Assembly (NCBI RefSeq): GCF_006345805.1
Contig: NC_043024.1
Location: 7,688,001-7,752,000 of the forward strand
Direction: 5' to 3'
Length of the DNA: 64,000 nucleotides
Source: Octopus sinensis
Lineage: Eukaryota
Shown here: positions 1-12,977 of the stretch, piece by piece
Layout of the letters: every line of letters begins with the position of its first letter
Numbering within the stretch: position 1 is the first letter of the stretch
The notes under the pieces: generated by a model
Told to the model about the DNA's origin: nothing
Seen by the model: only the letters and a program-made list of their open reading frames with translations
Database searches by the model: none
Made by a program: the position numbers and the translations under genes

Positions 1-44
1 ATAAACAGAAAGGCGATAAGAGCTAAAATAGTTGGAAGACCTTG

Positions 45-910
45 TGAGGTCTGAGCAATAAATACTGTTGCCATAGTAACGAGGCTAAAGCACGTAGAGT
101 GAAGCCGCTTGACACAGATTGACCTTGAACTCTGTTGTGCATGTGCACGAAGTTTTAACGTTCTTGCTCACTTCTGTTATTTACAGCAGTGCTTGGAAGG
201 GAGGGAGGTGTGTAGCATGTGATCATTGCATTGACCATGATAGAGAAAGTTGTCATGGTGATACCTGCTCGGAGGCCTACGCAAAGTTGCAGAAAGTGTA
301 TGGAGAGGAGTGTATGAGCTGCACACAAGTGAATGAGTGGTTCAGACGTTTCCAAAATGGCCAAAAAAATGTCGATATTAACGGATGTTCTAGGAGACCT
401 GCAACTAGCAGAACTGAGAACATTGCAGATGTGCATGCAGTTTTGAGGGAAAATTGCTAAATCACCATTCGTGAGTTATCAGAGGAGTGCAGATTAGTAT
501 GGTTCAATTCAGTCCATTATTACTTAAGATTTGGATAGGAGACCCGTGTCTACCAAGTTTGTGCTAAAACTGCTTTCAACTAACCAAAAAGAGACTCAGG
601 TTTCAGTTGCACAAGATAAAACTTTTTGAAAACTTTGTGTAGGCTTTTGAGCAGGTATCACCAAGCTTTTGGCAAAGTTTGATGCAGATTCTCTGCTCAA
701 CTTTTTCTGTCATTGTCAATGCGATGATCACAGGCTACACATGTTCCTTCCAAGCACTGCTGTAAACATCAGAAGTGAGCTAGGACGTTAAAACTTAGTA
801 CGCATGCACAGCAGAGTTCAAGATTAATCTGTGCCAAGCTGCTTTACTCTATGTGTTTTAGATTTGTTACTATATCAATAATCTGGATAATTATTGATCA
901 AACCACCTGT
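45..910 (+). mobile_element. Defective mariner derivative: transposase N-terminal HTH region between ~260-290 bp inverted arms
   Basis: GDTCSEAYAKLQKVYGEECMSCTQVNEWFRRFQNG...ITIRELSEE...FVLKLL is the mariner HTH region, with stops and frameshifts; 620-910 is an imperfect reverse complement of 45-300. Confidence 0.8.
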
Positions 911-1088
911 TATAACAATGGACGAGAATACATACAACGGAAAGTAAACCTTTTACTTTTGGTACTAGGCCTGAAATTTTGAGGAAGGAGGCTTGACGAT
1001 TATATTGTCCCCAGCATATATTTACAAATACACTATACTGACAAAATGAAATTTGAAATTTTGAAAAAAAAAAGAGAAATTATGATTT

Positions 1089-1577
1089 GTTATTTCTTTA
1101 TTGCACACAAGGGGCTAAACATAGAGGGGACAAACAAAGATAGACAAAGAGATTAAGTCGATTACATCAACCCCAGTGCGTAACTGGTACTTAATTTATC
1201 GACCCCGAAAGGATGAAAGGCAAAGTCGACCTTGGTGGAATTTGAACTCAGAACGTAACGGCAGACGAAATACCTATTTCTTTATTACCCACAAGGGGCT
1301 AAACATAGAGGGGACAGACAAAGGGATTAAGTCGATTACATCGACCCCAGTGCATAACTGGTACTTAATTTATCGATCCCAAAAGGATGAAAGGCAAAGT
1401 CGACCTCGGCGGAATTTGAACTCAGAACGTAACGGCAGACGAAATACCTATTTCTTTATTACCCACAAGGGGCTAAACATAGAGGGGACAAACAAAGACA
1501 GACAAAGGGATTAAGTCGATTACATCGACCCCAGTGCATAACTGGTACTTAATTTATCGACCCCGAAAAGATGAAAG
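1089..1577 (-). mobile_element. tRNA-derived SINE family A, ~3 tandem body units, no head
   Basis: Reiterated ~175-bp unit containing B-box GAGTTCAAATT and GCCTTTCATCCTTTCGGGGTCGATAAA. Confidence 0.8.
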
Positions 1578-1587
1578 TGATCTATGA

Positions 1588-1990
1588 GAAACATCCAGCA
1601 CTTGTTAATCATAAGGGCGTTATCATGACAATGCCAGCCCACACACTTCTTAGCAGACACAGCAGCAGTTTCTGGGGGGTGGGATTGGCTGGGAAATTTT
1701 GTTGTACCCTCCATATTCACCTGATCTCGCATCTTCAAATTTCCACCTGTTTTGATCTTTTCAAAATTCCTTGAATGGTCAGACCTTCAACTCTGAGAAG
1801 GATGTAAAAATTCAACCGGAAGAGCTTTTCCCTAATAAAAACAGGACATTTTTGAGCAGGGAATGACGGATCTGCCTAAAAGATGGCAGAAGATACTAGA
1901 ACAAAACGTTTATTATATTATTGATTGAATAATAAATCATTTAGTGATTAAAATCTTGTGTCTTATTTTCACTTGAAAAACTGAACAGTG
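1588..1990 (+). mobile_element. Mariner transposase C-terminal relic
   Basis: HPALVNHKGV..HDNA.PH...YPPYSPDLASSNFHLF...LNGQTF...RWQKILEQN, broken by frameshifts and stops; YSPDL is diagnostic. Confidence 0.8.
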
Positions 1991-2212
1991 ATTTTAGCCA
2001 GCAAATATTTTCTTTGTAAGTTAACAAATAAAAAGTATTTCAATTGCAATATTTTCTTTTTTTTTTCCATGTTTTTATGTTTTGGTTTTAGAACATAATA
2101 TTGATTTATTAGTTTACTATAAAAAAAACAAACTTGTGTGTTGATAATAAAAAACAAAAATGCAATAAAAATGACTCGTATGGACCTTTAAAACTTCTTC
2201 CTTGTGTTTTGA

Positions 2213-2366
2213 TTCATCACCACCACCATCATCATCATCATCATCATCGTCGTCGTCGTCATTGTCATCATTGTCATTGTAGTCTTCATCATTATCATCA
2301 TCATCATCATCGCCATCATCACCACCATCTATCTCTCTCTCTCTCTCTCTCAATCTATCTATCTAG

Positions 2367-2421
<55 letters not shown>

Positions 2422-2650
2422 CTTACCTACTACCTACCTACCTACCTATCTATCTATCTATCTATCTATCTGTCTTGCTGTGTGCCCATCTGTCTGTCTG
2501 TCTGTCTGTCTATCTGTCTATCTGTCTGCCTATCTATCTGTCTGTCTACCTACCTGCTTGTCTATCTATTTATCCATCCATCTATTTATATATGTATGAA
2601 TACACCCACATACCCACACACATGCATATGTAAATATATACACACACACA
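2213..2650. repeat. Compound microsatellite (CAT)n-(CT)n-(TCTA)n-(CTGT)n; others at 2860-2930 and 3180-3240 (ATT)n, 4010-4190 (TAGA)n, 4480-5110, 6368-6590 (TA)n, 10340-10649 (ACT/ACC)n, 10800-11115, 16175-16510 (CTTT)n, 61200-61395
   Basis: Direct reading. Confidence 0.95.
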
Positions 2651-2867
2651 CACAATACAAAACACAGGCGCACATATACAAAAGACGTGTACTTGTGTGC
2701 CGTGAGAAGTGAAGACTAAGGTTTCAGGTGACTTCAAACTTAACACAAACCATCAACAAGCAAAAACTGATTTTCACGACTATGATTCTTTGACTTTTAT
2801 TGACATCATTATTAGTCACTATTAAAGGACTATTATAATTATTACTATTATTGTTGTTGTTGTTGTT

Positions 2868-2930
<63 letters not shown>

Positions 2931-3197
2931 TGTTTGACTTTTGCTTTATATTTGTACAAGTTGGCTCAAAGTCTTACCCAGAGACCTCAAGTTGGAAGTT
3001 TGTGTTGTTTTTATGCCTAGAGTGCCATATATTTGGTTTTGTACTTAGTGTTGTACTAGTGAATGCCTAAAAAACCATACGAAAATTATGTTTGTTTTAA
3101 AACTTGAGATTACATAGAAAGTATTTTGCATAGGATATGAGCACTTCCCATGAGCACTATCTTTTGGATTTCTGCCATATTATTATTATTATTATTG

Positions 3198-3244
<47 letters not shown>

Positions 3245-4112
3245 TCTGCCTTAGCAAAGGTGGAGGTATTGTTTTCAGTCGTATTTGTTGTTTGTCCATG
3301 GACAAGATATCTCAAGAACCGCTGGATGGATTTGGATTATTTTCCCTGTTTTTTTTTTACTTAATTTTTGAGGATGGCCAGGTTCATTTTTAGTATTCTC
3401 ATTTGCAAGAGCCATTGAGTTTATTTCAGATATTCTCATTTTAAAAGTCATCTCTGGCTAATCGTTGAGAGGACGTTGCTGTTGCCTTGGTAGAGGCTTG
3501 TGCTCTCTGAGTGCTCTTGTTATTATTATTATTATTATTTTACTTCTCAAACTTCTTGTTCTTACTTGCTCTGGTTGACTCTGTGAGAACAGACTGCAAA
3601 ACTATTGTCAGATGTCTTGCAGTGTCTTTTTGCAAACTATAAGCTTTGGTACTTGATTTGGTTAAAAAGAGACAATGAGAGATGGCTAGAGGAATATTCA
3701 GTTATATTTAATAACCAGTTGATCTAGCAAGTGGGGCCTCATATCAGTGAGGGGTGGGGCGGTGTGCATTGATGCCATAAAGAGGCAGACCCCGAAACGG
3801 CGCACATTCTCTCCCGATGACCCAGAGTTCAAATTCTGGCGAGGTCGACTTTGCCTTTCATCCTTTTGGGGTCGATAAATTAAGTACCAATTACGCACTG
3901 GGGTCGATATAATCGACTTAATCCGTTTGTCTGTCCTTGTTTGTCCCCTCTGTGCTTAGCCCTTTGTGGGAAGTAAAGAAATAAGATATATGAACAAACA
4001 GAGGGGTTGACATGTAGATAGAAAGATAAACAGATAGATAGACATATAGATAGATAGATAGATAGATAGATAGACAAAGGAATAGATAGATCGATAGATA
4101 GATAGATGGATG

Positions 4113-4150
<38 letters not shown>

Positions 4151-4699
4151 CAGTTTGAGAGAGGGAGAGAGAGTGAGAAAGAAAGAGAGGTAAATACCTT
4201 TTTCATTCTTTGGTACTAAAAAGAAATGCTAAAAGGGATATGATATGATACATATATATATATAATACATGATAAACATTGTAGGTTTGTTGTAATAATT
4301 CGCAATTTGAACTCTCAAAGCATTTGTTTGAAACAAAACAACAAAAAGGCCCCTTAGAATCATTATTATTCAGAGTTGTTGAAAAAGCCAACAAGAAAAT
4401 GGCCTTTCTGTTAGAACAAAAAATATATTTTTTCCTCTTTTGTGATTTCTTTTTCTTTTACTACCAGCTGTTTTGAGTCAGAAAACACACACACACACAC
4501 ACACACGTATGCATGAATTCACATGCATGCACGTGCACAAACACACACACATATTTTGTGAAGAATTCTTTCTTTACACTGACATTCATAGAAAGGCTGT
4601 CCTTTTGTGGGACATAAAAGCACACACACCACACACACATACACATATGTACATATATATATGTATATCTCTCTCGCTTTCTCTCTCTCTCCCTTTCTC

Positions 4700-4736
<37 letters not shown>

Positions 4737-4870
4737 CACATATACATATACACACACACATATATACATATACATATTTATACACACTCACACACACATA
4801 TACACACATATATACACATATGTACATATATATATGTATATCTCTCTCGCTTTCTCTCTCTTCCTCTCTC

Positions 4871-4913
<43 letters not shown>

Positions 4914-5048
4914 CATATATATATTTATACACACACACACACATACACACATATATACACATATGTACATATATATATGTATATCTCTCACGCTTTCTCT
5001 CTCTCCCTCTCTCCTCTCTCTCTCTATATATATATTATATATATATAT

Positions 5049-5080
<32 letters not shown>

Positions 5081-5546
5081 GCATATATATATTTATATAT
5101 CTATATATCTCTACATGCATACATATTCTTATTCACACCTGCCTTTTATGAAGAATGCATTCAGAAGTCAGAATGAAACGAAAGACTGTGTTGTTTACCT
5201 GAGATATAAAAGCAACATTTTCAGTCAATTTTGTCCACTTTTAATCTACCTGAGAACCAGAACAGGAGTTCTTTGTAACGGAACACGACCAATATGCCTT
5301 CCATTTGTTTCTCGCTCACCGTTTTCCTCGTCACATTTTTGACAAGTTTGTATTTTTTATCTGTTATCCTTTTTCCTTAACTTGTTTCAACCATTGAACT
5401 GTGGCCATCCTGGGGCACTGCTCTGAGAGTTTTTTTCTTTTAGCCATACAAATTGACCCCAGTAGGTACTATTTCCCCCTTTTTTTTCATGAAAGCCTGG
5501 TACTTATTTTTATTTCTTTATTGCCCACAAGGGGCTAAACATATAT

Positions 5547-5589
<43 letters not shown>

Positions 5590-5960
5590 TTAGTGAAAAG
5601 AAAATTAAAAACCTTTACAAACTTGGTTCATCTTATACTGCAGTTTCGTCTAGTACTCACTTCTTCTTCTGGAAGCCTTTTAATGTACTTATATATGAAT
5701 AACATATGGCCTATGGCTAAAATGTCTTTTGTGCTAGATCACCGGCGATAATAATTTATTTTATCGCATTTTGACTATGTTTATGTATATATATATATAT
5801 AACCCATGCTAGCATGGAGAACGGATGTTAAACGACGATGATGATGATGATGATGATATATATATATATTTAATGTAGGATAAAATTATTTTGAAAAAAA
5901 AAAATTTATCAATGGCCAGTATATTAAAAAATACCTTTAATGGTTAAAATTATAAACATC

Positions 5961-6363
5961 TTATAAATAAAGGCAAACGAAAAAATTTCTAATGCCAAAT
6001 ATGCTGAAAATTGGACATATTGTTCATAACCATATAATTTTTCACAATACACATGCTACTCGAAAAAAAAGCCGACAGAAATTTCTAAAAAATTCCATTA
6101 TTACCATATCGAAATAAATGAAATGAAATACTTACTCATACCCATGGGTATGAGTAAGTATTTCATTTATTTCTTTGCCACATTTATCACTGACGGAGGG
6201 TTCTGACAAACTAACCCTGAAATCGGTCTGATATGGTAATAATGGAATTTTTTAGAAATTTCTGTCGGCTTTTTTTTCGAGTAGCATGTGTATTGTGAAA
6301 AATATGTCCAATTTTCGGCATATTTGGCATTAGAAATTTTTTCGTTTGCCCTTATTTCTATAA
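5961..6363. repeat. Fold-back (arms 5961-6110 and 6230-6363) enclosing a perfect 48-bp palindrome 6121-6168
   Basis: AAATGAAATACTTACTCATACCCA|TGGGTATGAGTAAGTATTTCATTT. Confidence 0.9.
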
Positions 6364-6365
6364 GT

Positions 6366-6555
<190 letters not shown>

Positions 6556-7130
6556 CATATATACGTACATATATATATATATATATATATATAGATACAA
6601 ATTGAGATAGGGGTTGTAAATGCAACCCTCTATGGGATAACATATATCCAATATACTGCTAGTGAAGTACCCAACAAAGTTAATACATAAATGTTAATGA
6701 TTGCAATGTAATCAATTCATTTACTGTATTATATGGGCAAATACATATATATATATATATATACATTATATATATATATGTATATAAGGTGGGCCAAAGG
6801 TTATAGAGGGGACAAACAAGGACAGACAAAGGGATTAAGTCGATTCCATTGACCCCCAGTGCATAACTGGTACTTAATTTATCAACCCCGAAAGGATGAA
6901 AGGCAAAGTCAACCTCGGTGGAATTTGAACTCAGAACGTAATGGCAGATGAAATACCACTAAGCATTTCACCCAGCATGCTAACCATTCTGCCAGCTCGC
7001 CGCCTTCTTATTATTCTGTTACTTATTCTGGTATTTATTCTGTTGGTTGTTTATGTCAAAGTGCTCTGTTATGGGGATGTAAACAAACCAACAGCAATTG
7101 TCAGGCAGTGGGTCAAGACGTGGTGGACAG

Positions 7131-7166
<36 letters not shown>

Positions 7167-7409
7167 ACACACATACATACGTATATACAAACAGCATACA
7201 TACATACACACACAAACATGCTGGCAAAATGCTGCTCCCCTAAACAGAAGCCTTATTTGTCATCGTGGTTTTGTGGCACGAAGCTAAGTAAACCTTGCTG
7301 TCTACTCAAGAAACCGCAGTACCGTAAATCCTCGAGTATAATCTGCATTTTTTCCCCAAAATTTAAAGGTCAAAATCCCTAGTGCATACTATATACGAGG
7401 TTAAAAATC

Positions 7410-8190
7410 AAAAATATCCCCTCTGTGTTTAGCCCCTTGTGGGTAGTAAAGAAATAGGTATTTTGTCTGCCGTTATGTTCTGAGTTCAAATTCCTCCGAG
7501 GTCAACTTTGCCTTTCATCCTTTTGGGATCGATTAAATAAGTACCAGTTATGCACTGGGGTCGATATAATCGACTTAATCCATTCGTCTGTCCTTGTTTG
7601 TCCTCTCTGTGTTTAGCCCCTTGTGGGTAGTAAAGAAATAGGTATTTCGTCTGTCATTATGATCTGAGTTCAAATTCCACCGAGGTTGACTTTGACTTTC
7701 ATCCTTTCGGGGTCGATAAATTAAGTACCAGTTACGCACTGGGGTCGATGTAATCGACTTAATCCATTTGTCTGTCCTTGTTTGTCCTCTCTGTGTTTAG
7801 CCCCTTGTGGGTAGTAAAGAAATAGGTATTTTGTCTGCCGCTACGTTCTGAGTTCAAATTCTGCCGAGGTCAACTTTGCCTTTCATCCTTTTGGGATTGA
7901 TTAAATAAGTACCAGTTACGCACTGGGGTCGATATAATCGACTTAATCCATTTGTCTGTCCTTGTTTGTCCTCTCTGTGTTTAGCCCCTTGTGGGTAGTA
8001 AAGAAATAGGTATTTTGTCTGCCGTTATGTTCTGAGTTCAAATTCCGCCGAGGTTGACTTTGCTTTTCATCCTTTCGGGGTCGATAAATTAAGTACCAAT
8101 TATGCACTGGGGTCGATGTAATCGACTTAATCCGTTTGTCTGTCCTTCTTTGTCCCCTCTATGTTTAGCCCCTTGTGGGCAGTAAAGAAA
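7410..8190 (+). mobile_element. SINE family A tandem array, ~4.5 body units
   Basis: Same unit joined as ...TAAAGAAATA|GGTATTT... Confidence 0.8.
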
Positions 8191-8849
8191 TATGAAACTG
8201 ACATAACTAACTTGCCCCCTTCCCTCACAAAATTTCTGGCCTTGTGCTAAAACTTGAAACCAATATTATTTGCCAGGTCTATTCTGACGCAGGGTCCCCA
8301 GCCAAAGCATGCTGAAAACACAGCATGCAGCTTGGTGGATGTGAACTATTTTAGTAGAAGCAAAATATACAGAAAGCTATGCTTCCAACAAATAAAACAG
8401 AAAAGCCGTTAAAAAACAGATTATAGCAGCGACTCCTTCTAAGAATCATCATCATCATCATCGTTTAGCGTCCGTTTTCCATGCTAGCATGGGTTGGACG
8501 GTTCTACTGGGGTCTGTGAAGCCAGAAGGCTTCATCAGGCCCAGTCAAATCTGGCAGAGTTTCTATGGCTGGATGCCCTTCCTAACGCCAACCACTCCGT
8601 GAGTGTAGTGGGTGCTTTTTACGTTCCACCCGCACAGGTGCCAGACAGAGCTGGTAAACGGCCACGAACGGATGGTGCTTTTTATGTGCCAGGCGAGGCT
8701 GGCAACGGACACGAAACGGGGCGGTGCTGGCAACGGTCGCGAAACGGAAGATTCTCTTACATGAAGGAATATTATTCCAAAATATATCAGACTATGGTTG
8801 ACTAAATTACAACAGGTATATAGCCCATTGACTGTATTATAGTGCATTA

Positions 8850-9264
8850 GGATCTTTTCGGTTTGACCGGCAGTTTTTAAAAATAATTTCTAGGTAACTA
8901 AAAAATTTTAAACTTCGTATACTGGTAGAATGTGTTTATAAAACATCTTTTTTCTTGGCTTTCTTGAGAAAATTCTGTAGTTTGTAAGATATTGTTGTTT
9001 TTTTCTTCAATTTCTGCAATTTCAACCATCAATGACGTCTATTGAGGTAAAAAAACATTCTGTGCCATATGAATATGTCCCTTGTTTAAGAAACAGATTG
9101 GGTTTATTTACATTTCTGAAGAAAAAAAGATACCCTTCCCCTCACCCCTAACCCTAACCCTAAAACAGATTGAAATGCAATAGATCGATACTAGGGTCAT
9201 AATTATGGGTGACAATTTCATATGACACCGCTAGAAAAAACTGCCGTTCAAACCGAAAAGATCC
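8850..9264. mobile_element. MITE family E with 29-bp TIRs GGATCTTTTCGGTTTGA(C/A)CGGCAGTTTTT and internal (TAACCC)n (right-end pieces also at 9472-9620, 27375-27493, 28730-29000)
   Basis: TIRs read directly at both ends. Confidence 0.8.
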
Positions 9265-10426
9265 CATGTCTATGTGTATGCGTAGAGGTATACGTATATA
9301 TCAATACATCCCAATTATTAGTACTATTTTGTTAAGCGCATATAGTAAACAGTATGAATTGTGAGTAAAGCGAATAGGCACAGTGTGCATCACTCCGCTA
9401 CACACGTTCCGCGTAATTAAACGTGTAGAATCATAATACGCCTTCAATGAGCTGTTTTATTGTCCCAACACAACCCTAACCCTAACCCTAACTAACCCTA
9501 ACTCTAACCCTAACCCTAAAACAGATTGAAATGCAATAGATCGATACTAGGGTCATAATTATGGGTGACAATTTCATATGACACCGCTAGGAAAAACTGC
9601 CGTTCAAACCGAAAAGATCTGTGCAATGTTGTACCATTCAAAACTTTTTATTCTTTACAAACAATACACAATGCTTCAAGTGAACTACAATACTCTCCAA
9701 ATACTGCTTCTGTTGCTAATAACAAATTTTTACCCAATATGCCAACATGCCGGCCTCCTTGCCGATGGCACGTTAAAAACACCTTTCGAGCGTGATCGTT
9801 ACCTGCGTCACCTTACTAGCACTTGTCCTGGTGGCACATGAAAAAAACATTCGAGTGAGGTCATTGCCAGTGCCGCTGGACTGGCTCCTGTGCAGGTGGC
9901 ACATAAAAAAGCACCATTTGAGTGTGGCCGTTGCTCGTACCGCCTGACTGGCCCTCGTGCCAGTGACACGTAAAAGCACCCACTACACTCTCAGAGTGGT
10001 TGGCGTTAGGAAGGGCATCCAGCTGTAGAAACTCTGCCAGATCAGACTGGAGCCTGGTGCAGCCTTCTGGCTTCACAGACCCCGGTCGAACCGTCCAACC
10101 CATGCTAGCATGGAAAGCGGATGTTAAATGATGATGATGATGATGATGATGTCACCTATTTGAAACGTCGATGATTTATTAATCGCTGTTTTTTTTTATA
10201 AATTGGTGGCGGCTAAGTTTACCTAAGCATGCAGTCGATAGTGGATGCCTGCTGCTGATGGCATGCAATGACACACAGAGATCAGGATCTAGCAATTCCG
10301 TTGCGGCTACTGATATTCTTCTGTGCTTTTTAGCTGTATGTTTACTACTACTACTACTACCACTACCACTACCACTACTACTACTATCACTACCACTACT
10401 ACTGCTACAATCACTACTACTACTAT

Positions 10427-10458
<32 letters not shown>

Positions 10459-10649
10459 TTACTACTACTGCCACCACCACCACCACAACTACTTCTACCA
10501 CTACCACTACCATTGCTACCACCGCCACCATCACCCTCCCACCACCACCACCACCACAACCACACTACTATACTATACTACTATACTACTACTACTACTA
10601 TACTACTACTACTATACTACTAACTACTACTACTACAAACTACTACTAC

Positions 10650-10749
10650 NNNNNNNNNNNNNNNNNNNNNNNNNNNNNNNNNNNNNNNNNNNNNNNNNNN
10701 NNNNNNNNNNNNNNNNNNNNNNNNNNNNNNNNNNNNNNNNNNNNNNNNN
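10650..10749. other. Assembly gap (100 N)
   Basis: Run of exactly 100 N; true gap size unknown. Confidence 0.99.
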
Positions 10750-12082
10750 CACCAAATGGCGGTGCCCCAGCATGGCCACAGCTCGTGAGCTGAAACTAGA
10801 ATCAATCATATACATACATACATACATACAGATACATATATACATACACATATATATACATACATACATATGTATACAGCATGGAAAGCGGACGCTAAAT
10901 GAAATACATACATACACACATACATTTATACATACATACATATATATACCCATACATATACATACATACATATATATACCCATACATATACATACATACA
11001 TATATATACATACATACATATATATATATATACACATACACACACATATATATACATCCATATATATATATATATTTATACACACATCTACATATATATA
11101 TATGTATGTATATATACGACGGGCTTCTTTCAGTTTCCGTCTACCAAATCCACTCACAAGGCATTGGTCGGCCCGGGGCTATAGCAGAAGACACTTGCCC
11201 AAGATGCCACGCAGTGGGACTGAACCCGGAACCATGTGGTTGGTAAGCAAGCTACTTACCACACAGCCACTCCTGCACCTATTCTGTCTCTTTACTGTCA
11301 TCTTAGATCTGTATCTGCTTGTTTCAGTCACTGGACTGTGGCCTAGCTGGGGCACGACTTTAATAGGTTTAGTCCATCAAATTACCCACCGGGGCTGTTT
11401 TTTTTTCGTTTTTTTTTAAAGTCTGGTACTTATTCTATTGATCTGTTTTACTAAAGTGCTAAGTTATGGGAATGTAAACAAACCAATACTGGTTGTCAAG
11501 TGGTGGGAGGGACAAAAACTTATATAGGTTTGGCTGTGTGGTATGAAGTTTGCTTCCCAACCACATGGTTCCAGGTTCAGTCCCACTGCGTGGCGCCTTA
11601 GGCAAATGTCTTCTACTACAGCCTTGGGCTGACCAAAATATTGCGGGTGCATTTGGTAGACGGAAACTGAAAGAAGCCCATCCCATATATGTGTGTGTGT
11701 GTGTTTTTGTGTTTATCCCCTGCCAGTGTTGGTGTGTTTACATCCTTGTAACTTAGCAGTTCAGCAATAGAGTTCAATATGTTAAGTGCCAGGCTTCAGA
11801 AAATAAGTCCCTGGGGTCAATTTGTTTGATCGAAAATCTTCAAGGCAGTGCTCCAGCATGGCCTCAGTTGAATGACTGAAACAAATAAAAGAACGAAGGT
11901 ATATGGGATGCTTGCCTCATCTTCTCACCCATCTCACATTCAGACTGCTTTCCTTTCATCCTTGCATGGATGCAGGTATGACTTTCCACACCACGGGGCC
12001 CATCACCATGGGACTCTGTAAAATGCGGAGTGGATCGGGAAATGAAACGATAGTGAAACATCTGTCCTTCATTGGATTAAAG

Positions 12083-12680
12083 CAGTGGTCTTCAACCAGG
12101 GTTCTGCCAGTACAGTCCAAGGGTTCCGCAAGAAGTTACAAAACTGCTAAAATCAGCAGTAATTTTTAATTCTCCTGTGCAGATATACTCTACTCTTACT
12201 CTTATTTGTTTCAGTCATTTGACTGCGGCCATGCTGGAGCACCGCCTTTAGTCGAGCAAATCGACCCCGGGACTTATTCTTTGGAAGCCCAGTACTTATT
12301 CTATCGGTCTCTTTTGCCGAACCGCTAAGTGACGGGGACGTAAACACACCAGCATCGGTTGTCAAGCAATGCTAGGGGGAAAGACACACAAACACACACA
12401 CACATTTATATATACATATATACGACAGGCTTCTTTCAGTTTCCGTCTACCAAATCCACTCACAAGGCATTGGTTGGCCCGGGGCTATAGCAGAAGACAC
12501 TTGCCCAAGATGCCACACAGTGGGACTGAACCCGGAACCATGTGGTTGGTTAGCAAGCTACTTACCACACAGCCACTCCTTATGTGTGCATAAGACTATT
12601 AAATTATTGCACAGGGGTTCCTCGAGCCAGTGGAATGTTTCCTTGGGGTTCCGCTCCAGCAAAAAGTTTGAAAAGCACTG
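12083..12680. mobile_element. hAT-type MITE family H interrupted by SINE B
   Basis: TIRs CAGTGGTCTTCAA...TTGAAAAGCACTG; perfect 8-bp TSD GATTAAAG. Confidence 0.88.
12181..12581 (-). mobile_element. tRNA-derived SINE family B (~400 bp, central TA/TG microsatellite), nested in a hAT MITE
   Basis: Head GGAGTGGCTGTGTGGTAAG...GGTTCAGTCCC (A/B boxes), tail ...AATGACTGAAACAAGTAAAAGAG. Confidence 0.8.
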
Positions 12681-12977
12681 GATTAAAGTAACAAAAGATT
12701 GTACGACTCTTTTGCCACTCTTTTGGCAAGATGACTGGCGCTATTTTGACCGCAAGTCTTATGTCAAAGTATCATTTTCTTAGAAGAGCTGCCTTCTCCA
12801 AGGTTTTGTCAAAAATGAGAGGGGCCATCTCTACCCGTACATCTGGTGGTGAGGCTCCTGTTTGAGAATTTTCAAGTTGTAAACAGTGTGGAGTCACCCT
12901 TTCATTACTATTACACCCAGAATAATAGTACTTGTCAGGGTCTTATTTTATATGTATAGAGAGAGAGATTCATCAAT

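Noticed and set aside
9472-9520. (TAACCC)n as a telomere or fusion relic
   Set aside because: Short, degenerate, and always embedded in family E elements.
10160-10340. Possible exon with donor-like GTATGT or GTAAAC sites
   Set aside because: No convincing acceptor-donor pair and no recognisable peptide in any frame.
11900-12900. Coding gene in the unique-looking sequence flanking MITE H
   Set aside because: Multiple stops in all frames; LPKEWQKSRTI on the minus strand suggests a decayed non-LTR RT fragment, too weak to list as a feature.
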